NCBI GenBank assembly: GCA_048938295.1
Contig: JBHLMI010000037.1
Coordinates: 1-22,287 of the forward strand
Reading direction: 5' to 3'
Length of the DNA stretch: 22,287 nucleotides
Source: Promethearchaeota archaeon
Lineage (GTDB): Archaea > Asgardarchaeota > Hermodarchaeia > Hermodarchaeales > Hermodarchaeaceae
In this document: positions 1 through 6,849 of the stretch, piece after piece
Layout of the letters: the number at the start of each line of letters is the position of its first letter
Numbering within the stretch: position 1 is the first letter of the stretch
Notes under the pieces: model-generated
What the model was told of the DNA's origin: nothing
The model's database searches: none
Seen by the model: the letters and a program-made list of their open reading frames with translations, nothing else
Position numbers and translations under genes: made by a program

Positions 1-479
1 CCGCTCTTCGCTTTGGGATTTATGAGGGCAGAGGTGAGAATGGCCGCAGGTATCCCTGCGAAGATTCCGAGAGCTGTTAGACCAAGTACTTTTCGCCACT
101 CCGTCAGCTTACTTGGTATTTCCACACGGTCTGTTTCACCTGAGGATGAACTGGAAGTAAAGGAAATCCCTTCATCCTTTAGGATGGACTCCAATTCGGA
201 TTGGGCAGATCGACACGAATTGGGTCCCAGATGCTCAAAGTAGTCTCTGGATATCTCGATTTCTGCTTCGATTAAGCCGTCTTTGAAACCCCGTATATGC
301 ATTTCCAAAATCTTATCCACGCGGCGGACTAGCCCAAATGTCTGTCCGCGCTTGTATAGCTGTAGTACTCCTGGATCATAGAATCCCCGTCGTTTCAGCG
401 CGTCTTTCAGCATAGGTACAAGCTCGGGTGCGAGTTGTGTCATGGGTGCTTCAACCGTTTGAACCTGCCAAATTTCCAT
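1..479 (-). CDS. Hypothetical protein with a C-terminal hydrophobic segment (partial, runs off the left edge)
   Basis: Manual translation from ATG 479: MEIWQVQTVEAPMTQLAPELVPMLKDALKRRGFYDPGVLQLYKRGQTFGLVRRVDKILEMHIRGFKDGLIEAEIEISRDYFEHL...WRKVLGLTALGIFAGIPAAILTSALINPKAK. Open for 159 codons with no stop, so absent from the ORF track. Confidence 0.75.
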   Translation of the reverse strand, partial: MEIWQVQTVEAPMTQLAPELVPMLKDALKRRGFYDPGVLQLYKRGQTFGLVRRVDKILEMHIRGFKDGLIEAEIEISRDYFEHLGPNSCRSAQSELESILKDEGISFTSSSSSGETDRVEIPSKLTEWRKVLGLTALGIFAGIPAAILTSALINPKAKS

Positions 480-591
480 CTTTAAACTTTAACAATCAAA
501 GGGGTAGCTTACAATGATTTTACATTTAACACAGTTCTATTGGTGTGGCTGTATTGATGGAATTCATACTTACTAGTGCGCAAAATGGTCT

Positions 592-1143
592 TTACTCATC
601 CTGAGGCATTCGGTCTCCTAGTTGATAATAGTGAAAGTCGCCTCCGGGGGCCCAGATAACGGGGTGGACTTTCTGCATGTCAAGTTTCCCCGCTGTGAGA
701 CAGTTGGGATTGACATAGGATTTAACAACACGTCCAATAATGCCGTCGTTTTGCTCATAATCTAAGATTTCTGCAACCTTACATTCGATGTTAATCGGAC
801 ATTGCTGAATCATGGGTGCGGTGTTCAACTCGCCATAAAACGTGTCAAAAAGAGTGCTTTTGTCAAAATCCCGTCCAGATTTACTACCACAAACGGCAAC
901 TTCCTTGATGAGGCTTTCCGTAGGCACGTTAACACTGAATGTGCCCTGCTCGTGTATTCCGATTCGCGTATATCGTTTTTTGTATAAGCTAAAGAACAGA
1001 TATCGCCCAAAATCAAATGGGCACATGTATCCAATCACTAGGTAATTGGGTACATCGTTGACGAGAGCACCTACCAATGCAACAGGAAGGGGACCAAACA
1101 TGTTCTTATTAAAAATCTCCTTCTTTTGATATTGGCTAATCAT
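592..1143 (-). CDS. Flavin reductase-like / flavoredoxin family FMN-binding protein
   Basis: Motifs PLPVALVGA, GTFSVNVP, CGSKSGRDFDK, APMIQQCPINIECKV are typical of the family. Start placed at ATG 1143; 1164 and later ATGs are alternatives. Confidence 0.85.
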   Translation of the reverse strand: MISQYQKKEIFNKNMFGPLPVALVGALVNDVPNYLVIGYMCPFDFGRYLFFSLYKKRYTRIGIHEQGTFSVNVPTESLIKEVAVCGSKSGRDFDKSTLFDTFYGELNTAPMIQQCPINIECKVAEILDYEQNDGIIGRVVKSYVNPNCLTAGKLDMQKVHPVIWAPGGDFHYYQLGDRMPQDE

Positions 1144-1208
1144 ATCGAATATCACCACTAGCAAATAGACAAAGGTGCCAAGTTTTCCATATTGGAAAGT
1201 TTGTGAAT

Positions 1209-1952
1209 TTACGGCGTGGGTTTGAAAGCTTCAATCTTTGCGCTTGTTGCGATGTTAAAGGGAACCTCACTCACTATTCGTATGTCGATAAATCCGGCGT
1301 CACGAATAAGTTGAAGGTACTCTTCTTTGAGGATAGCACCGCCTAGGCAACCCGTGTAGGTAGCTACTTCGTCTCGGGTTTCTTGTGGGAGAGAGGCTTC
1401 TAATACGATATCAGAGATGAGCATTCGTCCTCCAGGCCGGAGAACTCGGAAGGATTCTTGGAATACTTTGGCTTTATCCGGGGCGAGGTTGATCACGCAA
1501 TTACTAATAATAACATCTACACTTTCGTCTTCTATAGGAAGTGCTTCGATATCCCCAGATCGGAATTCAACGTTTTTTGCGCCAAGTTTCTCAGCGTTTT
1601 CCCTAGCCTTCTCAATCATGGCCAGCGTCATATCTACACCAATCACGTGGCCCGTTTTCCCAACTTGTCGGGCTGCCATAAATGCATCTAGTCCCGCGCC
1701 ACTACCTAAATCCAATACAACTTCGCCTTCTTTCAGACCAGCAAGGGCGGTGGGGTTTCCACATCCAGCAAAAGATTCTGTCACTGATTCGGGAAGATCC
1801 TCAATTGAATATCCGAGAGTTTTCGCATATTCACTTCGTGTGCCTGACCCGCAACAAGACCCTCTGGATTGAGCTACTTTTGCATAGGTTTTTCGCACTT
1901 CTTCCTTGATTTCTTCATCATCCATTTCAGTGATACGTTTCGTTTCAGTCAT
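1209..1952 (-). CDS. arsM: Arsenite S-adenosylmethionine methyltransferase
   Basis: SCCG, FAGCGNP, VLDLGSGAGLD (SAM motif I), IISNCVINL, YTGCLGGA: the conserved ArsM cysteine positions are present. Likely start ATG 1952 (MTETKR). Confidence 0.9.
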   Translation of the reverse strand: MTETKRITEMDDEEIKEEVRKTYAKVAQSRGSCCGSGTRSEYAKTLGYSIEDLPESVTESFAGCGNPTALAGLKEGEVVLDLGSGAGLDAFMAARQVGKTGHVIGVDMTLAMIEKARENAEKLGAKNVEFRSGDIEALPIEDESVDVIISNCVINLAPDKAKVFQESFRVLRPGGRMLISDIVLEASLPQETRDEVATYTGCLGGAILKEEYLQLIRDAGFIDIRIVSEVPFNIATSAKIEAFKPTP

Positions 1953-1968
1953 TTCAATACACCGAAAA

Positions 1969-2036
1969 TATCGGTTATCCGATATGTTTGTAGGCGTTAG
2001 AACACGGACACATTTAAATGTATCGGGCACCCAATA
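1969..2036. promoter_or_regulatory. Divergent arsM/padR promoter with two palindromic operator-like sites
   Basis: TATCGGTTATCCGATA (1969-1984) and TATCGGGCACCCAATA (2021-2036). A TTTAAA TATA box at 2013-2018 is 25-30 bp before the padR ATG. Confidence 0.75.
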
Positions 2037-2042
2037 ACACTT

Positions 2043-2384
2043 ATGTCAGAAGAAAATAATCCTGATGAATGCTGCCCCCCAGACTGCTGTGATATGCGGG
2101 GTATGCTATCATTTCAGATTCTCTGGGAGCTTGGGAAAATGCCTATGAATGGCCAAGAGCTAGCTGAGCAAATCGGGCTCCGACGTGGCACAAAACCTTC
2201 GCCCGGAACGATTTACCCAGCGCTCAAAGAACTCGCTCAAAAAAACTTGATTAGAGGGGAAAAGAAAGGGCGTGAAGTGACTTATACACTTACCGAGGAA
2301 GGGCGCATAGGATTGGATGTGGCCGCACGGTATTTTTATCGGGTCTTCCGTGAAATACTCGAGGCCAGTCGATCTGCGGAATAG
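2043..2384 (+). CDS. PadR-family winged-helix transcriptional regulator with an N-terminal CC-x3-CC motif
   Basis: PSPGTIYPALKEL...YTLTEEG is the PadR signature. N-terminus ECCPPDCCDMRG. Confidence 0.9.
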   Translation: MSEENNPDECCPPDCCDMRGMLSFQILWELGKMPMNGQELAEQIGLRRGTKPSPGTIYPALKELAQKNLIRGEKKGREVTYTLTEEGRIGLDVAARYFYRVFREILEASRSAE

Positions 2385-2441
2385 TTACCAATCTATTGTG
2401 GGCTTGTAATCTCTGCTGTTCTTGTAGTGGGTTGGTGTTTT

Positions 2442-2509
2442 ATTTAAATATCGGGTACCCAATACATTTAAATATCGGGTACCCAATACTATGTATCGGA
2501 CACCCAATA
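2442..2509. repeat. Tandem array of three operator-like palindromes: a perfect 24-bp duplication plus one degenerate copy
   Basis: ATTTAAATATCGGGTACCCAATAC occurs twice (2442-2465, 2466-2489), then TATCGGACACCCAATA (2494-2509). Same motif as 1969-1984 and 2021-2036. Confidence 0.9.
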
Positions 2510-2526
2510 AATACGAGGTAGATAAA

Positions 2527-2628
2527 ATGACAACCAATAAGAAATGGTGTAAACTCTGTTGCCCAACAGCAAAAATCGCCAATGATGGAAAAGCATTCGT
2601 TAAAGCCCTAATTTACAGTCGACGATAA
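2527..2628 (+). CDS. Small Cys-rich peptide (33 aa, CxxCC), putative metalloid/metal-binding
   Basis: MTTNKKWCKLCCPTAKIANDGKAFVKALIYSRR*. Preceded by GAGGT (SD-like) and the TATA/operator array. Below the ORF-track size cutoff. Confidence 0.55.
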   Translation: MTTNKKWCKLCCPTAKIANDGKAFVKALIYSRR

Positions 2629-2662
2629 ATGGAGAAAATCAATAAAAAAGGGAATGTAAAAG

Positions 2663-3319
2663 ATGACGAAAGTTAGGAACACTCCCTCACCTACTCCAAA
2701 AAGCCAACCACCCCTGCAACTTGAAGTCACCAAAGATTTCTTCCAAGTGCTACAAAAGCGTCATAGTATTCGGAAATACAAATCCTATGATATTCCTGAT
2801 TCTGATTTGGAAAAAATTCTTCAAGCCGCTCGACTCGCACCATCAACAAATAATAGCCAATCATGGCGCTTCATCGTTGTCCGAGATCCTGAAACCATAA
2901 AACTTCTAAGTCAGCCATCTCAGCAACGATTCATTGCTAACGCAAATGCGATTATTGTGGTGCTCGGGGAACGACAAAGCTCATGTTGTCCAGGCAACCA
3001 AGCGCGATGGCATCTTCAAGATCCAATGATTGCAACAGAACACCTAGTGTTGGCTGCAACAGCACTGGGTTATGGCACCTGCTGGGTTGCCGCCTATGAA
3101 TCGCGAAGTGTTGAATTCATTCAACGAATTAAAACAGAACTAGAAATCCCTGAGAACGCCGATATCATTGTTTTAGTGGCAATTGGTGTACCTGATGAAC
3201 ATCCTTCCTCCCGTTCTCGAAAGGCCTTAGAAGAGATTGCATTTGATGGAAAATATGGAATACCTTGGAGCGTTACGAACCAAGAAGATGAATCTAGATC
3301 ACATGCTTCTGCAATCTGA
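2663..3319 (+). CDS. Nitroreductase family flavoprotein
   Basis: KRHSIRKY, AARLAPSTNNSQSWRFIVV, LAATALGYGTCWV. Carries an internal SCCP motif. Confidence 0.9.
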   Translation: MTKVRNTPSPTPKSQPPLQLEVTKDFFQVLQKRHSIRKYKSYDIPDSDLEKILQAARLAPSTNNSQSWRFIVVRDPETIKLLSQPSQQRFIANANAIIVVLGERQSSCCPGNQARWHLQDPMIATEHLVLAATALGYGTCWVAAYESRSVEFIQRIKTELEIPENADIIVLVAIGVPDEHPSSRSRKALEEIAFDGKYGIPWSVTNQEDESRSHASAI

Positions 3320-3908
3320 GCTCATCACGAATGGGTATATTCGCAAATCCAGGAAACGAACCTCCCAGTTTCTTAGAAACAACATTCGGAACGACCTCAA
3401 ACAATTGAAAGCCTACTCGCTGGTAGAAGGCAAGAGCTGGCAGGTTATCATTAGTCGTCACGACAAAGAGCAGTTGACGCCCTTGTTCCTTGGCAATTTT
3501 CTCGATATGGGACATCAGATTTCTTCCGATGCCACATCCTTGAAATTGTGGAAGGACCCCTAACGCTAGGATGAGTACCACATCTGTTCGGAATGGCGTG
3601 TAAAAGAGGAACCCACCTATCCCATTATCATTTTCTGCGATCATGGCAGGGTGTTCAGTCACCTTGAATTGTTGATCAAACATCAGTTGCATCGGATCTC
3701 CCCAAAACAAGGTCACTAACGCTTTAAGGGACTCCGAATCCTCACAGGATGCTTGACGAATTCGATACTCACATTGTTTCCGCGAAGCACACTTGGTGCA
3801 CTTGACGCGTATTCGTGCATCATTTGCACAAACTAGCTCTCCACAATGTGAACAGGAATACTCCGCATGATTTTGGCAGAGAGAACAGGACTCATAGTCA
3901 ATTGGCAT
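3294..3908 (-). CDS. GNAT N-acetyltransferase with an N-terminal Cys-rich zinc-finger-like domain
   Basis: Acetyl-CoA motif VLPQFQGCGIG, TTNDNLPALAFYQRVGF and C-terminal IPIRDEL. N-terminus CxxC-x7-CxxC-x4-C-x9-CxxC. Confidence 0.85.
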   Translation of the reverse strand: MPIDYESCSLCQNHAEYSCSHCGELVCANDARIRVKCTKCASRKQCEYRIRQASCEDSESLKALVTLFWGDPMQLMFDQQFKVTEHPAMIAENDNGIGGFLFYTPFRTDVVLILALGVLPQFQGCGIGRNLMSHIEKIAKEQGRQLLFVVTTNDNLPALAFYQRVGFQLFEVVPNVVSKKLGGSFPGFANIPIRDELRLQKHVI

Positions 3909-3991
3909 CGGACATCACAGCTCTTACAACACTTGGTGTGACTAGTAGAGCTTATCTTCCTCGGTTCCCAATTATCTTATAGGTGAGGTCA

Positions 3992-4222
3992 ATGGGAAAA
4001 CGGAAATTAGAAAAAATCGAAGCCAATGAGAAGCTCTCTTGGGTAGACTGGCTCATCGACCGCAAAGAAACCCTTTCCTTTACAGATGAACGAAATCAAA
4101 AATCTAATTTCATTCCATATACCAGAGAATCACATGGATTTGCTGGTATGCCTGGCGCCTATAGTCCAGGAGTTCTTTGGAAGAAAGCTAAACAACCCCC
4201 AAAACTACGTAAATCAGACTAA
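3992..4222 (+). CDS. Small basic hypothetical protein (76 aa)
   Basis: ATG 3992 preceded by GGTGAGG (SD). MGKRKLEKIEANEKLSWVDWLIDRK... No family recognised. Confidence 0.55.
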   Translation: MGKRKLEKIEANEKLSWVDWLIDRKETLSFTDERNQKSNFIPYTRESHGFAGMPGAYSPGVLWKKAKQPPKLRKSD

Positions 4223-4309
4223 CGGGTTTCTCTCTTCTTTTATTGAGCCAATAGATTCTTTTACGCCAAGCGGATATAGAGCGGACACAACTTTTAGGGA
4301 GAAATTACG

Positions 4310-5035
4310 TTGTCACAGGCCACTGACAAGCTTCCGGAAAAACTCGTGAAATACGGTCATGTTGTCCGTTCAGCCATTTCCTTGCTAGGTGAACGTTACA
4401 CGACGTTTCATGAGCACATTCATGCCGCTCTCACTCATTTGATCCAAGCGAAGAAACAGTTTCGAGCCTATAACAAACAACTCCGTGGCTATATCAGACC
4501 AAAACAACAAAAGGAGCTGTTCGCCACTCTCCGAAAATTCATCAAGGACCAGAAAAAAGCTCCTCCCCCAATAAAGACTACACTCAAGGATTTTTACTCC
4601 CTTCTGAATCAGCTCTCAAAGGCAATTACCAATATCGAAAAGCAACTGACAAAATCCCAATCGATGCTAAATTATAACCAGTTCTTCAAGGAAATCACCG
4701 TGCACCTAAAGGAGTCAATCACGCAGGCAGACCACTCAGAGACCCTACAACAGAAAGTCATCGCCAAATACAAGGAAACTGAACGGTACTCGCCAGCCGT
4801 GTGTGAAGCCTACATTCATGACTGGCTAAAACGGTGCAACGAAGACTACATCGACATCACTTTCCGCGACTGCAAAGAATTAACAAAAGTAGGCTATGAA
4901 GCCTGTCGTGCGCTGTATGAAACCGATAAGATCACTGAAGCCCAGATTGACGATATTCTAGCGGTCACACGAGAAGGTCGAATGAAAACCCAGCAACTCC
5001 TAGTCCTTGTCCAACGTCTTCAGCCCACAAAATAA
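4310..5035 (+). CDS. Hypothetical all-alpha-helical, lysine-rich protein (241 aa)
   Basis: Long ORF with a TTG start after AGGGAG. Amphipathic helical composition. No family recognised. Confidence 0.75.
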   Translation: MSQATDKLPEKLVKYGHVVRSAISLLGERYTTFHEHIHAALTHLIQAKKQFRAYNKQLRGYIRPKQQKELFATLRKFIKDQKKAPPPIKTTLKDFYSLLNQLSKAITNIEKQLTKSQSMLNYNQFFKEITVHLKESITQADHSETLQQKVIAKYKETERYSPAVCEAYIHDWLKRCNEDYIDITFRDCKELTKVGYEACRALYETDKITEAQIDDILAVTREGRMKTQQLLVLVQRLQPTK

Positions 5036-5084
5036 ACACCATAAACAAGATTGTAAAACGAGATAAAAGAGAGAAGCGGGGACC

Positions 5085-5122
5085 CGTGCCCAATCGCCCG
5101 AGCCCCACGAGTTATGGGCACG
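5085..5122. other. GC-rich hairpin between convergent ORFs
   Basis: CGTGCCCA (5085-5092) and TGGGCACG (5115-5122) form a perfect 8-bp stem. Confidence 0.45.
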
Positions 5123-5144
5123 TTCATGAAGCGTAACAGCGGTC

Positions 5145-5237
5145 TTAGTGGCGGCAAGCAAACCAGTAGATGTACTTGACGCGTTCAGCTTCTAACTGTG
5201 TCATGTTCGCGCCCTGAGGATTACGAGTTTTGTGCAT
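5145..5237 (-). CDS. Putative small protein (30 aa)
   Basis: MHKTRNPQGANMTQLEAERVKYIYWFACRH*. GGTGA lies 8 nt before the ATG and TTTTATA (rc of 5274-5280) about 37 nt upstream. Confidence 0.4.
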   Translation of the reverse strand: MHKTRNPQGANMTQLEAERVKYIYWFACRH

Positions 5238-5399
5238 TTTTTGTGTCACCGAAGAAAGCATAAGGTACCGTGCTATAAAAGGCGGACTCACCTTTTGGGC
5301 TCACTTTCAGAGGTCACAAGATGTGACTAGTAAAGGTCGAGTTTGACAAGTTAACAAAGCGCGGAAGTGCAAGAGTTGGGGGGTTCTTGAAGGTCATTC

Positions 5400-6707
5400 T
5401 GTGTACCATTGATAGTTGTAAGAATTTCAGAGCTGAACCAAATGCCTACTGGTAAGCCAGAGAAAGAAACTAAGAGGAAGGCCTACCAGAGTGTATTGAT
5501 TCATAGGGGATATAAATACGAATTAAAGCCCAACAATAGGCAAAAAACATTACTAGCAAAATTTGTTGGTTGTGCCCGATTTGCTTATAATTGGGGGCTA
5601 GAACAACGAATTACACTATTGCAAACTCAGAAGGGGAGAGAACGCTTCACAAATGCCATAAGACAATACCATGAGTTAGTTCAGCTGAAAAGAACTGAAT
5701 TTACTTGGTTGAATGAAGTATCTAAATGGGTCCCACAAGAGGCCCTCCGTGATCTTGAAAAAGCCTTCAAAAATTATTGGAGAGGAAAGAAGAATGGCAA
5801 AAACGTAGGCTTTCCTAAATTCAAAAGAAAGGGCTACCACGACAGTTTTCGGTTATATGCAACCATTCGAGTCTATAGGAAGACAGTTCAACTCCCCCGG
5901 TTGGGTCAAATACGGTTAAAAGAAACTCCACAAATCAAAGGACGAATTCTTTTTGCCACTGTGTCGCGCAAAGCTGATCGATGGTTTGTTAGTTTTAATG
6001 TGGAACAAGTGAGATCTGAAACACTATCAGTAACAGGTCCAACAATAGGAGTTGATTTAGGAATCGTGTTAGCAACCCTTTCTAATGGGATAGTATTCGA
6101 AAATCCCCGAGCTTTATCTCGACGATTACGAAAACTCAGGCGTCTATCCAAACAATTCTCAAGAAAACGAAGAGGATCACAAAACCGTCAAAAAGCCGTT
6201 ATAAGACTAGCACGTCTTCATTGGCACATCAGCAATATTCGAAAGGATTCTCTTCATAAAGTAACATCTTATTTGGCTAAGAACCACAGCCAAACCGTCA
6301 TCGAAGACCTAAGGGTGTATGAGATGTTAAAAAATAAACCACTTAGCTTTTTCCTTGCTGATGTCAGTCTAAGCGAGTTTCGACGGCAACTCGAGTACAA
6401 GACTAAGTGGTATGGAACGGAACTTATCGTCGCTCCTCACTTTTTTCCATCTTCCAAACGATGTTCACGGTGTGGAAATATCAAAAAGACTCTATTACTA
6501 TCCGAGCGTTTGTATAACTGCGAGTTTTGTGGACTGACTCTTGACAGAGACCTTAATGCGGCGAATAATTTGGTCGCCGCCAGTTGGGCGGAGACGGTAA
6601 ATGCCTGTCAAGAGGTGGGAGGTTACAGATCCGACGGATCAGTGCCCACCGATGAAACAGGAACCAAACACCATCAACCATCTTGATGGATAAGTTTTGG
6701 ACAACGG
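5400..6707 (+). mobile_element. Non-autonomous tnpB-only insertion sequence (IS607/IS1341-like); left end not resolved
   Basis: tnpB without an adjacent tnpA. The sequence ends AAGTTTTGGACAACGG (to 6707), resembling the ...AACGG right ends I recall for IS607-type elements. The left coordinate is approximate. Confidence 0.65.
5442..6686 (+). CDS. tnpB: RNA-guided endonuclease TnpB (IS200/IS605/IS607 superfamily)
   Basis: N-terminal HTH (YKYELKPN...GCARFAYNWGL), RuvC-I GVDLG, RuvC-II VIEDL, Zn finger CSRC...CEFC, RuvC-III DRDLNAA. Start uncertain (5409, 5442 or later). Confidence 0.95.
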   Translation: MPTGKPEKETKRKAYQSVLIHRGYKYELKPNNRQKTLLAKFVGCARFAYNWGLEQRITLLQTQKGRERFTNAIRQYHELVQLKRTEFTWLNEVSKWVPQEALRDLEKAFKNYWRGKKNGKNVGFPKFKRKGYHDSFRLYATIRVYRKTVQLPRLGQIRLKETPQIKGRILFATVSRKADRWFVSFNVEQVRSETLSVTGPTIGVDLGIVLATLSNGIVFENPRALSRRLRKLRRLSKQFSRKRRGSQNRQKAVIRLARLHWHISNIRKDSLHKVTSYLAKNHSQTVIEDLRVYEMLKNKPLSFFLADVSLSEFRRQLEYKTKWYGTELIVAPHFFPSSKRCSRCGNIKKTLLLSERLYNCEFCGLTLDRDLNAANNLVAASWAETVNACQEVGGYRSDGSVPTDETGTKHHQPS

Positions 6708-6727
6708 ACCTGTAAAAACTGAACTTT
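6575..6727 (+). ncRNA. Putative TnpB omegaRNA (scaffold about 6575-6707, guide about 6708-6727)
   Basis: Nested stems overlapping the tnpB 3' end: CCGCC/GGCGG (6577/6587), CCTGT/ACAGG (6604/6657), GGTGGG/CCCACC (6614/6645), GATCC/GGATC (6628/6636), CCAAA/TTTGG (6664/6696), CCATCAA/TTGATGG (6671/6683). This is the known position of omegaRNAs. Confidence 0.7.
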
Positions 6728-6849
6728 CTGGTTCATCTTTCGCATGTTTTCATAGAAAGTTTGGAGCATTTAGTAACTAGCCGGCTCCCATGAATATATC
6801 TGTGCCACACTCCTTCTCTCCTTCAGAGTACCATCACAGGTGAACTACT

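Noticed and set aside
1184-1198. TTCCA-TAT-TGGAA palindrome resembling an ORB
   Set aside because: The centre is 3 nt rather than 1, and there is no G-string or adjacent AT-rich unwinding tract.
1953-2030. N-terminal extension of ArsM in the ORF track (start 2030)
   Set aside because: It spans the divergent promoter and both operator sites; ATG 1952 gives a normal ArsM start.
2442-2509. CRISPR-like mini-array
   Set aside because: The units abut with no unique spacers, no cas genes are present, and the same motif occurs singly at nearby promoters, so an operator explains it better.
3959-3974. Operator-like TCGG-TTC-CCAAT upstream of the GNAT
   Set aside because: The spacer is 3 bp rather than 4 and the outer TA bases are missing.
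5085-5130. SECIS-like element (minus-strand ATGA followed by a stem)
   Set aside because: There is no GA on the 3' side of the stem and no in-frame UGA in the upstream ORF.
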